A stretch of DNA of 62,077 nt from an uncultured Candidatus Saccharibacteria bacterium (GTDB taxonomy: Bacteria; Patescibacteriota; Saccharimonadia; Saccharimonadales; UBA4665). The DNA is taken from the NCBI GenBank assembly GCA_964527385.1, contig CAZGPZ010000001.1:1-62077 (forward strand), in the 5' to 3' direction. Of the stretch, positions 45,015-55,667 are shown piece by piece; within the stretch, counting starts at the first letter, position 1; the number at the start of each line of letters is the position of its first letter. The translations under genes and the position numbers were made by a program. The notes beneath the pieces are model-generated. The model saw only the letters and a program-made list of their open reading frames with translations. It did not search any database and had not been told where the DNA came from.

Positions 45015-46052
45015 TCAGTTTTTTGTTTTTAGCTTCTTGCTGATCTCACCGACTTGTTGTGACAGGTCCTTGCGTGCCACTAGTATGCCATCAGCCGTAT
45101 TTACGACGACTATATTGTCTAGGCCAATAACAGCCACTGGTTTGTTTTCCTCATTGTGCACATATGAATTCTCTATTTCATCCATTAAAACATTGCCGAA
45201 TACATGGTTGCCTTTTTCGTCCTGTTCAACAGCCTTGTGTAGGTCGTTAAAAGAACCCAAATCCATCCAGTCGAACGATGCAGGAACAACCAGCAGGTCC
45301 TTTACCTTTTCGATCAACGCATAGTCTATCGAGACATTTTCAAAGTCCAGATAGGTCGCCTCGTACTGCTCCGGCTTGGCTTTCAAAAGCTTGTGGTAAT
45401 TATCCGCCCACTCCGGGGCATATTCTTTCAGTGCCCGTTTGAACGTATCCAGCGACCCGACAAAGTAACCAGCGTTCCAGAGATAATTGCCACTTTTGAC
45501 ATACGTTTTTGCGGTATTGTAATCCGGCTTCTCCTTGAACGAATGCACGTTGTGCACGTAGGTGCTGTTCTCCAGCAATCCGGACTTCTGGATATAGCCG
45601 AAGCCGGTCGCTGGATAATCCGGCTCTATGCCGACCAGCACGACACGGCTGTGCTTCTTGGACACAGCACCCGCCACCGTAAAGCTATGGACGAAACCCT
45701 CGTTGTCACGGATATAATGGTCAGCCGCCAGGAAAGCGATCGGCTCGCTTGGGTCATGCTTGCCGCTCAGTTGCACCAGTGCCGCAACGATACAACTCGC
45801 CGTTCCACGACGAGCCGGTTCGACGATGAAGTTCTCGCCAGGCAGTTCCGGCAATTGGTCTTTCACATACTGGATATGTCCTGCCTCCGAAACAACATAG
45901 ATGCTATCTGCCAATTGCTTGGCACGCAAGTAGGTATTTTGGAGCAACGAGCGTTCGTCGCCGTTCACTTTCAGAAGATGTTTAGGATACGACGGCGTGG
46001 ACAACGGCCAGAGCCTCGTCCCCGACCCCCCGGCAATAATCACCACGATCAT
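45015..46052 (-). CDS. manC: mannose-1-phosphate guanylyltransferase
   Basis: [14 protein letters not shown] and EKPD-like FKEKPD. No PMI domain. Confidence 0.9.
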   Translation of the reverse strand: MIVVIIAGGSGTRLWPLSTPSYPKHLLKVNGDERSLLQNTYLRAKQLADSIYVVSEAGHIQYVKDQLPELPGENFIVEPARRGTASCIVAALVQLSGKHDPSEPIAFLAADHYIRDNEGFVHSFTVAGAVSKKHSRVVLVGIEPDYPATGFGYIQKSGLLENSTYVHNVHSFKEKPDYNTAKTYVKSGNYLWNAGYFVGSLDTFKRALKEYAPEWADNYHKLLKAKPEQYEATYLDFENVSIDYALIEKVKDLLVVPASFDWMDLGSFNDLHKAVEQDEKGNHVFGNVLMDEIENSYVHNEENKPVAVIGLDNIVVVNTADGILVARKDLSQQVGEISKKLKTKN

Positions 46053-46066
46053 GATTCTCTAGTATA
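46050..46066 (-). promoter_or_regulatory. -10 TATACT 8 nt upstream of ATG 46052; leaderless
   Basis: Minus strand reads gcagTATACTagagaatcATG. Confidence 0.5.
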
Positions 46067-46078
46067 CTGCAGCAGCAT

Positions 46079-46106
46079 TTGACATGAAACACTGCAAGGG
46101 CATAGT
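46079..46106 (+). promoter_or_regulatory. TTGACA-16-CATAGT promoter for the manB-rfb operon
   Basis: TTGACA 46079-46084, CATAGT 46101-46106. A ~70-nt leader ends in SD AAGGAG. Confidence 0.45.
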
Positions 46107-46175
46107 GTATGAGTAGCTGGCGCGCATGGAGCACGCTAGTTGAGAAGCAAAAGCGTAAGCAAAGGAGTAATCCCC

Positions 46176-47528
46176 GTGGATGCTATCAACACCATTTTTA
46201 AATCTTATGACGTGCGCGGCAAAACCGGCACGGAACTAACGCGGGAAGTTGTAGAACAGATTGGTCGGGCATTCGCCGACTGGCTACCAGAATCAGAACA
46301 AGTCGCGGTCGGTCGCGATATGCGTACCGATTCATATGAGTTGACTGAGGCGTTTATTAAAGGCATGCGGCGCCAAGGCCGCGACGTGATCGATATTGGC
46401 ATGATCACCAGCGATATGGTGTATTTCGCCGTCGGCAATTGGGAGCTGGCTGGCGGCGCCGTGATCACCGCTAGCCACAATCCTGGAAACGATAATGGCA
46501 TCAAACTGTATCGCGACCACGTCACTGCAGTCGGGCTCGACTCAGGACTAGATAAAATTCGCGATGCGGTCATTACCCGTTCATTCAAACCCGCAACTAA
46601 GAAGCTCGGTAAACTTGAACATAGAGATATCACTAAAGCTTGGATTGAACACTGTCTCCGATTCGGCCCGCGACTCAAACCATTTCATATCGCCATAGAT
46701 AACGGCAATGGCATGGCAGGCATTGTGCTTCCCTATCTTTTACCAAAGTTACCGCTCAGTGCCGAAGTTCTCTACCCGGAACCGGATGGATCATTTCCAA
46801 ATCACGAAGCCAATCCGCAGAAGATCGAAAATCTGCAAGACCTCATAGCCAAAGTAATCAAAGAAAAACTAGATTTTGGTATCGCGTTCGACGGTGACGG
46901 TGACCGAGCTGTGCTCGTTGACGACCGCGGCCGGCTCGTGTTAGGGACCGATCTTATGAGCATTATTGCTAAACATTACCTAGAAAAGCATCCTGGCAGC
47001 GCAATTATTCATGAAGTGCGCACCAGCCGTGCAACACAAGAATTGATCCGCGAATGGGGTGGTATGCCGATCCGCACCAAAGCTGGTCGCGTGCACATCG
47101 GCCCGCTCATGCGCAAGCATGGTGCGGCTTTTGGCGGCGAGACAACCGGGCATATGTTCTTCAAAGAAAACTACGACGCCGATTCCGGCATGATTACAGC
47201 CATTGCCGCAATGCAGGCAATTAGTGATTCAGGCAAAAAGCTTTCTGAACTTGTTGATGAATATAGGCGCTACGCGATGTTGCCCGAGCGAAATATCACG
47301 TTTGCTGGCGATAAAACACAGTTATTTGCGACACTACGTAAGGTATTTGCTGAAGCTAAGCAAGACGAGCTCGATGGATTGACGGTTACATATCCTTACG
47401 GCTGGTTTAATCTACGTGTTAGTAACACCGAACCTGTCTTACGTTTGAATGTCGAAGCGGAGAGTGAGGAAGCACTCCAGCAATTGCTCAAAAACATCTT
47501 AACAATCATTGAAAGGCAGGCGTTATGA
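46176..47528 (+). CDS. manB: phosphomannomutase/phosphoglucomutase
   Basis: GTG 46176, 8 nt after AAGGAG. Active-site TASHNPGNDNG and metal loop FDGDGDR. Confidence 0.9.
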   Translation: MDAINTIFKSYDVRGKTGTELTREVVEQIGRAFADWLPESEQVAVGRDMRTDSYELTEAFIKGMRRQGRDVIDIGMITSDMVYFAVGNWELAGGAVITASHNPGNDNGIKLYRDHVTAVGLDSGLDKIRDAVITRSFKPATKKLGKLEHRDITKAWIEHCLRFGPRLKPFHIAIDNGNGMAGIVLPYLLPKLPLSAEVLYPEPDGSFPNHEANPQKIENLQDLIAKVIKEKLDFGIAFDGDGDRAVLVDDRGRLVLGTDLMSIIAKHYLEKHPGSAIIHEVRTSRATQELIREWGGMPIRTKAGRVHIGPLMRKHGAAFGGETTGHMFFKENYDADSGMITAIAAMQAISDSGKKLSELVDEYRRYAMLPERNITFAGDKTQLFATLRKVFAEAKQDELDGLTVTYPYGWFNLRVSNTEPVLRLNVEAESEEALQQLLKNILTIIERQAL

Positions 47529-48550
47529 AAATACTCATTACCGGCGGCGCAGGATTTATTGGCTCAAACTATGTGCATTACGTCCGTGAGAACCATCCTG
47601 ACTACCAAGTCGTGGTGATAGATAAGTTGAACCAGCAAGGCAATAAGGAGAATCTAAAAGACGTTTTGGACCACATTGAGTTCCACCAGTTTGACTTAGT
47701 AGAGGAAGATAAATTACGACCGATCTTTGAATCCGGCATCGACTACGTCGTGCACTTTGCCGCCGAGACGAACGTTGATCGTTCGATTGAAGATCCTGAT
47801 AGTTTCGTGAGCAACAACGTGCTTGTAACAAACATTTTGCTGCGCCTGTCACGCGATTATAAAGTCAAGCGCTTTCATCACGTATCAACCGACGAAGTAT
47901 TCGGCAGCCTCGAGCTAGGAAGCGAAAACAAATTTAACGAACAAACTCCCTATGATCCACGCAGCCCGTATTCAGCGTCCAAGGCCGGCAGCGACCACCT
48001 AGTTCGCTCCTATTTTCACACCTATGGCTTAAACGTAACAATATCAAATTGCTCGAACAATTACGGCCCGTACCAGGTGCCGGAAAATATAGTGCCTGTG
48101 TTCGCGCTCATGGCGTTAAATGACAAGCCGCTGACAATTTACGGTGATGGCAAAAGCGTGCGTGACTACTTATACGTACTCGACCACTGCCGTGCTATTG
48201 ACCTGATATTACACAAAGGCAAAACCGGCGAGACGTATTGCGTTGGTGGTGGCGAAGAGAAAAATGGCATTGAAATTGCTGACACAATTTTGGAAATTAC
48301 CAGCAAACCACAAAGTTTAAGAACATTTGTTACTGATCGTCCTGGCCATGATCGACGATATGCCATTGACTATTCGAAACTGGCGACTGAGCTTGGCTAC
48401 AAACCAAGCGTAACGTTTGAGGAAGGAATTCGCCAAACCGTCGAATGGTACAAAAATAATCAAACCTGGTGGCAGCCTTACATGCAGAAATTTTACGTGC
48501 CTAAGTTCATGCAGAGCACTAAAACGATGCACGCCAAGCAAGGAAAATAG
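47525..48550 (+). CDS. rfbB: dTDP-glucose 4,6-dehydratase
   Basis: ITGGAGFIGSN, YSASKAGSDHL. ATGA overlap with manB. Confidence 0.95.
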   Translation: MKILITGGAGFIGSNYVHYVRENHPDYQVVVIDKLNQQGNKENLKDVLDHIEFHQFDLVEEDKLRPIFESGIDYVVHFAAETNVDRSIEDPDSFVSNNVLVTNILLRLSRDYKVKRFHHVSTDEVFGSLELGSENKFNEQTPYDPRSPYSASKAGSDHLVRSYFHTYGLNVTISNCSNNYGPYQVPENIVPVFALMALNDKPLTIYGDGKSVRDYLYVLDHCRAIDLILHKGKTGETYCVGGGEEKNGIEIADTILEITSKPQSLRTFVTDRPGHDRRYAIDYSKLATELGYKPSVTFEEGIRQTVEWYKNNQTWWQPYMQKFYVPKFMQSTKTMHAKQGK

Positions 48551-48551
48551 C

Positions 48552-49100
48552 ATGGGCGGATGGAAAACATTATCGACCAGAATCGCTTACGAAAACCCAT
48601 TCATGCGCGTCCACGAAGATCAGGTTATAAACCCTGCTGGTAAGCCGACTATATATGGGTACTGTGAATCAACAGAGGCGGCAGCCTATATCGCTGCCAT
48701 CGACGACAATGCATATCTATACTTTATAGAACAGTACCGCTACCCACTAAAACAGAATTCCTGGGAACTTATTGCCGGGCGTATTCCAAATTCAGAAGAT
48801 ACAATGATCGGCGCCCGGCGTGAACTTTTTGAGGAAGCGGGCCTTGAGGCAGGAGAGCTGATCAGCCTCGGCAAACTTCACGCCGCGCCGGGCATCACAA
48901 CTTTTACCTGGACCGTGTTTTTAGCACGTGCACTACAAAAGACAGGAAAAGGACTAGACCGCGCTGACGGCATCTCACGAATCAAAAAATTTTCGTTTAA
49001 GGATGTAGACCGCATGATCAGAACCGGCAAGATTACTTGCGCAACCAGTATTGCAGCATACTATTTAGCAAAAGCATATTGGGAGGAAACCTATGTTTGA
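48552..49100 (+). CDS. NUDIX hydrolase (nucleoside-diphosphate-sugar pyrophosphatase, NudF/NudK-like)
   Basis: ATG 48552, 1 nt after the rfbB stop. Nudix box GRIPNSEDTMIGARRELFEEAGL. Confidence 0.8.
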   Translation: MGGWKTLSTRIAYENPFMRVHEDQVINPAGKPTIYGYCESTEAAAYIAAIDDNAYLYFIEQYRYPLKQNSWELIAGRIPNSEDTMIGARRELFEEAGLEAGELISLGKLHAAPGITTFTWTVFLARALQKTGKGLDRADGISRIKKFSFKDVDRMIRTGKITCATSIAAYYLAKAYWEETYV

Positions 49101-49659
49101 GCCAGATGGTTATCAATCATTGCGCGTCACAGAATCGCCGATTACGGGACTATTTGTCATCAATCTAGTAGTTAACGGAGATGGCCGTGGCTGGTTTAAG
49201 GAAAACTACCAAGCTACAAAACTCGAGGCGCTAGGACTGCCTCATTTCAATGTTGTCCAGAATAACTTTTCATTTAATGCCGAAAAAGGCGTAACGCGCG
49301 GCCTCCACGCCGAGCCGTGGGAAAAGTACATATCAGTTGCAAATGGCAGCGTGTTTGGCGCATGGGTTGATTTGCGCAAAGGTCCGACTTTCGGGAAAAC
49401 GTTTACAACAGAGATTAATCCCGGGAGGGCAATTTTTGTTTCGCGCGGCATCGCGAACAGCTACCAGGCATTAGAGGCAAATGTAGTGTACACATACCTC
49501 GTTAATGCCCATTGGTCACCAGAAGCAAAATATACACTAATTAATTTGTTTGACCCCGCGTTGAATATTGCATGGCCAATTGATAGATCTCGTGCCATCG
49601 TCTCGGACAAAGACGCCAACCTTCCGCTGCTGCGCGACATAACACCTTTGGAGTTTTGA
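49093..49659 (+). CDS. rfbC: dTDP-4-dehydrorhamnose 3,5-epimerase
   Basis: Cupin with GDGRGWFKE, RGLHAEPW and ANSYQAL. 8-nt overlap with the upstream gene. Confidence 0.88.
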   Translation: MFEPDGYQSLRVTESPITGLFVINLVVNGDGRGWFKENYQATKLEALGLPHFNVVQNNFSFNAEKGVTRGLHAEPWEKYISVANGSVFGAWVDLRKGPTFGKTFTTEINPGRAIFVSRGIANSYQALEANVVYTYLVNAHWSPEAKYTLINLFDPALNIAWPIDRSRAIVSDKDANLPLLRDITPLEF

Positions 49660-49660
49660 C

Positions 49661-50515
49661 ATGAATGATGAAGATCTTTTGATTGTCGGAGCGAACGGAC
49701 AACTCGGCACTGCCCTCCGGGAGAAATACCCAGGCGCTAAGATTATCGACGTCGGCGAGCTCGATATCAGCAATCAAGCTGCCGTACGTGCATATGATTG
49801 GTCGGATACGAAAGTCGTTTTGAACGCAGCAGCTTACACGAACGTTGATGGCGCGGAAACAGCTCAGGGACGCATAGTGGGTTGGAAAGTAAATGCTACC
49901 GGCCCATGCAATCTGGCTGAAGCAGCTATCAGCCATAATTTTACCTTGGTACATGTTTCCAGCGATTATGTTTTTGACGGGACACACGACAATCATTCCG
50001 AAACTGAACCGTTTAGTCCGCTAAATGTCTACGGCCAAAGTAAAGCGGCTGGAGACATTGCAGTAAGTTTAGTGCCAAAGCATTATATTCTGCGCACAAC
50101 GTGGGTCATCGGTGAAGGCAAAAATTTCGTCCGTACTATGCTTGATCTAGGCCGGAAAGGCGTCTCCCCAACTGTGGTGGCTGATCAATTCGGCAGGCTA
50201 ACATTTACCAGCGAACTGGTGCGTGTGATTGACTATTTATTGCAGACAAATCCAGCGTTTGGCACCTATAACGCTACAAACGATGGCGATCCAGCTAGTT
50301 GGTCCGATATCACGCGCAAAATCTTTAAACTGGCCGGGTTCGATCTTTCTGTTGCCGACACCACAACCGAGGCTTATTTTGCCGGTAAGACGGGGATTGC
50401 ACCACGTCCATTACAAAGCACTATGGATCTCACAAAGCTCCAACAGACAGGCTTTACCTCGCATGATTGGCGCGATGACCTCAAGGCGTATATACAGAAA
50501 GGATCGACCACATGA
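49661..50515 (+). CDS. rfbD: dTDP-4-dehydrorhamnose reductase
   Basis: IVGANGQLG, NAAAYTNVD, YGQSKAAGD. Confidence 0.9.
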   Translation: MNDEDLLIVGANGQLGTALREKYPGAKIIDVGELDISNQAAVRAYDWSDTKVVLNAAAYTNVDGAETAQGRIVGWKVNATGPCNLAEAAISHNFTLVHVSSDYVFDGTHDNHSETEPFSPLNVYGQSKAAGDIAVSLVPKHYILRTTWVIGEGKNFVRTMLDLGRKGVSPTVVADQFGRLTFTSELVRVIDYLLQTNPAFGTYNATNDGDPASWSDITRKIFKLAGFDLSVADTTTEAYFAGKTGIAPRPLQSTMDLTKLQQTGFTSHDWRDDLKAYIQKGSTT

Positions 50516-51045
50516 CGTCATTAATGGACCAACCGGATGAGTTACTCGATCTTGTAAATAGTCGGGATGAAGTGGTCGGTACTATACGCCGTGAAGAAAT
50601 CCCTACCTTGGAACAAACTGGCAAAGGCTACGTCCGGGCAGTTGGCGTTTTTCTAGTGAGCAGTGAGGGTAAGCTTTGGATCCCTCGGCGACAACACCAT
50701 AAAAAGATTGCACCGGACGGTCTTGACTTCAGCGCCGCCGAGCATGTTGGCAGGGGTGAAACGTATGACGCAGCCGCGCTACGTGGCCTGGGTGAAGAGC
50801 TGGCCATTGATGCTGATAGCGCAAAACTTACATTTGTTGGTACCGTAAAACCGTTCGCAGGCCTGCCCTATTTTCACCCAGTGTATACATACCCTTGTGA
50901 TGAAGTTCCACGTTTTTCGACCGACGACTTTAGTAGTTACGAATGGCTTACGCCGGCCGAAGTAAAACAAAAGTTGCAAGCCAGAGAACAGGCAAAAGAA
51001 GTTCTGCTTCCAGCCATCCAGTTGTTAACCCAAAAGGAGGATTGA
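50512..51045 (+). CDS. NUDIX hydrolase (IDI-like subfamily)
   Basis: ATGA overlap with rfb[21 protein letters not shown] Nudix-like box. Confidence 0.7.
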   Translation: MTSLMDQPDELLDLVNSRDEVVGTIRREEIPTLEQTGKGYVRAVGVFLVSSEGKLWIPRRQHHKKIAPDGLDFSAAEHVGRGETYDAAALRGLGEELAIDADSAKLTFVGTVKPFAGLPYFHPVYTYPCDEVPRFSTDDFSSYEWLTPAEVKQKLQAREQAKEVLLPAIQLLTQKED

Positions 51046-51046
51046 T

Positions 51047-51910
51047 ATGAAAGGCATTATTCTAGCCGGAGGTTCAGGAACACGGCTGTATCCAATTACC
51101 AAGGGTATCAGCAAACAGCTGATGCCGATCTACGACAAGCCGATGGTATATTACCCACTCAGCACGCTGATGATGGCCGGTATTCGCGACATACTCATTA
51201 TCACCACACCTGAGGATTCAGGCGCATTCCAACGCCTCTTGGGAGACGGTTCACAGCTCGGGTGCAGCTTTCTGTATGCAGTCCAGCCAAAGCCGGAGGG
51301 CCTAGCACAGGCATTCATTATTGGTAAAGAGTTCATCGGCAAAGACAAAGTGGCGCTCGTGCTCGGTGATAACATTTTCTACGGGCATGGATTCGGCAAC
51401 AGCTTGAAGCGCTGCGTCAACCCTCGCGGTGGAACAGTATTTGCATACCAAGTTTCCGACCCTGAACGCTACGGCGTCGTTGAGTTCGACAAAAATCGCC
51501 AAGCGATTTCTATTGAAGAGAAGCCTGCTAAGCCCAAATCAAACTTTGCTGTCGTCGGGTTGTATTTCTACGATAACAACGTGATAGAAATCGCCGAAAA
51601 CATTAAACCGAGCGACCGGGGCGAGCTGGAGATAACATCAGTCAACGAAGAATATTTGCGGCGCGGCAACCTCAAAGTCCAAACGATGGGCCGTGGCAGC
51701 GCCTGGCTCGATACCGGCACTTTTGAAAGCATGAACCAAGCTAGTCAATTCGTTGAAGTCATCGAGAAACGCACCGGCTTCAAGATCGGCTGCATTGAGG
51801 AAGTAGCCTACCAGGAAGGTTATATTGACTCTAAGCAGCTCGAAGAGTTAGCGGGTCCGCTTCGCAAAAGCGGCTACGGCCAATACCTCGAAAAGCTTGT
51901 CTCTCAATAA
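51047..51910 (+). CDS. rfbA: glucose-1-phosphate thymidylyltransferase
   Basis: [18 protein letters not shown] ... VGLYFYD ... WLDTGT. Confidence 0.95.
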   Translation: MKGIILAGGSGTRLYPITKGISKQLMPIYDKPMVYYPLSTLMMAGIRDILIITTPEDSGAFQRLLGDGSQLGCSFLYAVQPKPEGLAQAFIIGKEFIGKDKVALVLGDNIFYGHGFGNSLKRCVNPRGGTVFAYQVSDPERYGVVEFDKNRQAISIEEKPAKPKSNFAVVGLYFYDNNVIEIAENIKPSDRGELEITSVNEEYLRRGNLKVQTMGRGSAWLDTGTFESMNQASQFVEVIEKRTGFKIGCIEEVAYQEGYIDSKQLEELAGPLRKSGYGQYLEKLVSQ

Positions 51911-51925
51911 TGTATTTCTTACAGT

Positions 51926-52903
51926 TTAGTTCTCTTGTTTGCTGCTTGGTATGGCCGCAATTATACTCCGGCCAAAAAGTATCCAGCCTACTGTAATAAC
52001 TAACAACTGAGCTGGTCGATCAATCAACGAGAAAGCAACAACCTGTTTTGGATTGACCATTGTGATGCTATACATGCCCGCATAAACAGCCTCTCGAATA
52101 CCAACACTACCGGGCGTAATATTGAACAACAGACCAACAATAGCAAGCGATGCAAAGATAATAGCCGTCCAGACCGTACCATCTATTCCAAGGCTATGCA
52201 GTGCTGACCAATAGACTAACGCCACGCAAAATGTAGCAGCTGCTGCCCACAAGCCCATAGAGATAACAGTTCGGCTATCATGTCTTATAACACTCCATCC
52301 ATCATCTATAAGATGAATCTTTTGGGTGAATGAACGCGCATAACGGTTACTTTGCGGCAGTAGGTCGAAGGCTCGTATCAACTTATGCCCAAAAGCCATA
52401 AATAAGATACTCGCAACTATGCCAGCACTAAAGAAAAGGGCGGCAACCTGTCCAGCAGTTTGGCTAAACGAACCTGGAGTCGCGGCAAGCCCAATCATAC
52501 CAATCAAAAAGCTAATGGCGAAAAACATCAGATAGTATGCGTACAGCACACCTACAAATGATGCGTAGGATAAGCTATGGGCTCGCTTCAAATACACTGC
52601 GCGAAGACTTGCACCGCCAACTACCGGGGTAAAGAAGTTCACGAAACTTGATACAACCGTGAGTTTGAGTGATTCAAGTATGTGGATGGATTTACCGAAA
52701 GGTCGTAGCTGCGTTTGTAATAAATAAGCATTAGCTATTTGCACTCCAACTTGTCCTGCAAAAACAACAACAAGATAGACCGGCTCTATGTGTGCAAAGG
52801 AGCCAAAAATTGATGTACGGTTAGCGTAGATATATATAACTACAAGTACGCTTATGCCGACGCTCAGTATTGTTTTCCATATGTGCTTTTGAATAATCTT
52901 CAT
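51926..52903 (-). CDS. flippase-like membrane protein (LPG-synthase-TM/UPF0104 family)
   Basis: 325 aa with 8 TMs. 4-nt overlap with the upstream GT2 gene. Confidence 0.7.
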   Translation of the reverse strand: MKIIQKHIWKTILSVGISVLVVIYIYANRTSIFGSFAHIEPVYLVVVFAGQVGVQIANAYLLQTQLRPFGKSIHILESLKLTVVSSFVNFFTPVVGGASLRAVYLKRAHSLSYASFVGVLYAYYLMFFAISFLIGMIGLAATPGSFSQTAGQVAALFFSAGIVASILFMAFGHKLIRAFDLLPQSNRYARSFTQKIHLIDDGWSVIRHDSRTVISMGLWAAAATFCVALVYWSALHSLGIDGTVWTAIIFASLAIVGLLFNITPGSVGIREAVYAGMYSITMVNPKQVVAFSLIDRPAQLLVITVGWILFGRSIIAAIPSSKQEN

Positions 52904-53880
52904 CTGTCATCCACGGTTAACCATAACATACGCATGCCAACTATCAGACCTCTGATATAGCTTCCCCATGCATGTATGTCTATAATAAGGATTAGAGAGA
53001 GTGGAAGCTTTACGAAAACCTGCACCAAAGTGTACCAGAACTTCTTGAACCTTCCGTATTCAGACGCCAGTAAAAAGGCATTTCGTCCAAGGTAGTACGA
53101 TGGTATTTTCGTAAAACGGCGGTGACCGCCCTTGCTCGTTGAACCAGATTTTTTATGGTACACGACTGCCTCCGGCACAATGTACGCATAGTATCCGTGC
53201 GTTTCAGCCCGTTGGCACCAATCAAGATCCTCGTAGTATGCGAAGTATCGGTTGTCTAGTTTACCAATCTCTCTGATGAGCTTAGTGCTGACAAGCATTG
53301 CCGTACCTGGCACATAGTCCGTCTTAAATGGTGCTTTAGGCAAGTCAAGTGACGCCACTTTATCACCCTTATGTGTGTGACGAATCATTCCCATAGCAAC
53401 ACGGCCGCCGCCAAACCAGAGCCGCTCGCGGTCAGAATAAAGTATTAGTGGCGAGATCATGCCCGCATCGGGCGTTACCTCATAGAATGCAACAAGTTTC
53501 TCAATAGAATCCGGCGTAAGGACGACATCATTATTCAATACGAGCACATAATCAGCCTTGACTTCTAACGCCGCTTCCATTCCCTGGTTATGACCACCGG
53601 TAAATCCTAGGTTCTGACTGTTACGGATTAAGTGAACACTGGGAAACTGACGCTTAATTTCCGACGCCTCATCGTCGTTTGATCCATTATCTACGACCAA
53701 AATTCTCAGGTTTTTATACACCTGCCCCTTCACTGATTCGAGGCAACGCACCGTATCATCCAGCCCATTCCAGTTTAGGATCGTCACCGATACAAGTGGC
53801 TGCCATTTAGCACTATGAGTTGCTGTTTTTTTCTTTGGTTTTACCGTTCTCTGCATAAAGCTACCTAGATTATACCCCAC
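52900..53880 (-). CDS. glycosyltransferase family 2
   Basis: VSVTILNWNG, VVDNGSNDD, LNNDVV, YYEDLDWC. The GTG 53880 start is uncertain; an alternative is ATG 53856. Confidence 0.85.
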   Translation of the reverse strand: MGYNLGSFMQRTVKPKKKTATHSAKWQPLVSVTILNWNGLDDTVRCLESVKGQVYKNLRILVVDNGSNDDEASEIKRQFPSVHLIRNSQNLGFTGGHNQGMEAALEVKADYVLVLNNDVVLTPDSIEKLVAFYEVTPDAGMISPLILYSDRERLWFGGGRVAMGMIRHTHKGDKVASLDLPKAPFKTDYVPGTAMLVSTKLIREIGKLDNRYFAYYEDLDWCQRAETHGYYAYIVPEAVVYHKKSGSTSKGGHRRFTKIPSYYLGRNAFLLASEYGRFKKFWYTLVQVFVKLPLSLILIIDIHAWGSYIRGLIVGMRMLWLTVDDR

Positions 53881-53885
53881 AAGCT

Positions 53886-54956
53886 TTAGCTGGTGGATAG
53901 AATGCTACTCATAATCTTCGCAATCACCGCGTTGGAATAATGCTGCTGATACACCATGCGACCGCCCCGTCCAATTGAACGTAGCTTACTAGTGTGGGTG
54001 TGTGCCCATGAAATCTTCTGCGCAAGTGCCACCGCATCACCTTGCGGAACAACTAGGCAATTTACCTCATCGACCAGTTCGGGTATTTCCTTGGTTCTAC
54101 CAATGAGCGTTGGCGCACCCAGTGACAAGAATTGGTAAGTCTTACCCGTGACAACCATGCTTGACTGCAATGTATCGCCAAACGGACCAGCCAGGCAGAG
54201 CGACGATGCTGCAGCCGTCTGTGGCAGCTCCGCATATGGCACCCATGCTTTGTAGTCGATACGTGCACCTTTCTTCCTTGCTCGCTCAACCTGCTTGGAT
54301 ACATCTTCCTTGCCACCGACAAGCAAAAAGGTAATGTCTTGGGTATGCTTTAACAGCAACGCAGCCTCGATTACATATGATAAACCATGTAATGGCAACA
54401 TGTTGCCATAATAGAAAACCCTGAATCCTTTCGCTTTTCGGGCTTTTTTCTGCGGGCGGAATACAGCCTCGTCGGTGCTAACTGGTATAGCCCTAAATCG
54501 CACTAGTGGTAGATTCATGAGCTTGGCTGAATATCTGGCATGCGCTTGTGTATCCGCAAGAACCATATTATTGCGGCTCAGCATAAAACGGTAGATGTGG
54601 TACAGCATCTTGGCAGCAACTGATGACTGGCTGATTTTTTTGTGTTCGTAGACGACCCATTCAATAAGATTAATGAACTCGTCAAATACCCGTTTCTTCC
54701 CCACTGTTGCCAGCAAAAAAAACGGTAACAACTCATAACCCCGAAATGTTAGCACATATACATCGTGCCTATATCTCAATCTTGAAAACACGAGCCTTAA
54801 GACAACTTCAGGGTAACGCAAGATGTTTTTGTGCGAGTTTTTTATAACTACAACTTGGTTTCCCTTGTCTGCAGACAAAGCCGCGCGAAGTGTAATAGCC
54901 CGAATGTAATCGGGATCCTTATAGCAAGTAATGACGCAAATTTTCTGCATAATCAA
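53886..54956 (-). CDS. glycosyltransferase, GT-B fold (family 4-like)
   Basis: 356 aa with a two-Rossmann layout and a C-terminal half typical of GT1/GT4. Weaker motifs. Confidence 0.7.
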   Translation of the reverse strand: MIMQKICVITCYKDPDYIRAITLRAALSADKGNQVVVIKNSHKNILRYPEVVLRLVFSRLRYRHDVYVLTFRGYELLPFFLLATVGKKRVFDEFINLIEWVVYEHKKISQSSVAAKMLYHIYRFMLSRNNMVLADTQAHARYSAKLMNLPLVRFRAIPVSTDEAVFRPQKKARKAKGFRVFYYGNMLPLHGLSYVIEAALLLKHTQDITFLLVGGKEDVSKQVERARKKGARIDYKAWVPYAELPQTAAASSLCLAGPFGDTLQSSMVVTGKTYQFLSLGAPTLIGRTKEIPELVDEVNCLVVPQGDAVALAQKISWAHTHTSKLRSIGRGGRMVYQQHYSNAVIAKIMSSILSTS

Positions 54957-55070
54957 GTCTGGTCATGTTTATTTTACACTGCTGCTAACGTCGAAGAAAG
55001 ATTATCTGTCAAGCTTGTTTTATAGGGGGTAAAATAGTATATTTGTTATGCTAAGACTTAAAATAAATAT

Positions 55071-55667
55071 ATGGTATTAAACGCTCGACAATATAATCCC
55101 TCAGGACCAAGAAAAACCGGCCTCAAAGTTGCGACTCTTCTTGTTGTATTATTGATCCTGTTAATATGTAGTTCATATGCGATGTGGCGACTGCGGTCGA
55201 CGAAAACCACAACGACCGTTCAGAACAACCGTGGAACTTCGACGCCTACTTCACATGTCCCCGGTGGCACTGACAATAATCCGACAACGGGCTCAGGAGC
55301 ATCAAAAGACGAGGGGGACAACCAGCCTGGGACGCCACCTGCTACAAACGTGCAGCCACGCACACCTACAGGGCAATTCGTCAGCAATCACCTGCCTAAT
55401 CTAAGTGGTAAGCCGTATTCTAACCACGAAAATTCTGTTTGTACCACAACGCCTGGTGTATTATGCGAAATCCGCTTCACGCTTGGCTCAACCGTTAAAG
55501 CCCTACCACCCCAGCGCACGAATGAGAATGGTGATGCAACATGGCCAGATTGGACCCTCCAAAGTATTGGTCTCACTGAGGGATCATGGCGTATTACAGC
55601 TGTAGCTGCAAATGGCAGTAAAACAGCAACCGCCGAAGATGTAACGAACATGGAAGTAAAGCCATGA
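55071..55667 (+). CDS. membrane-anchored hypothetical protein with Thr/Pro/Asn-rich linker
   Basis: One TM and a beta-rich C-terminal domain. ATGA overlap with the next gene. Confidence 0.6.
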   Translation: MVLNARQYNPSGPRKTGLKVATLLVVLLILLICSSYAMWRLRSTKTTTTVQNNRGTSTPTSHVPGGTDNNPTTGSGASKDEGDNQPGTPPATNVQPRTPTGQFVSNHLPNLSGKPYSNHENSVCTTTPGVLCEIRFTLGSTVKALPPQRTNENGDATWPDWTLQSIGLTEGSWRITAVAANGSKTATAEDVTNMEVKP

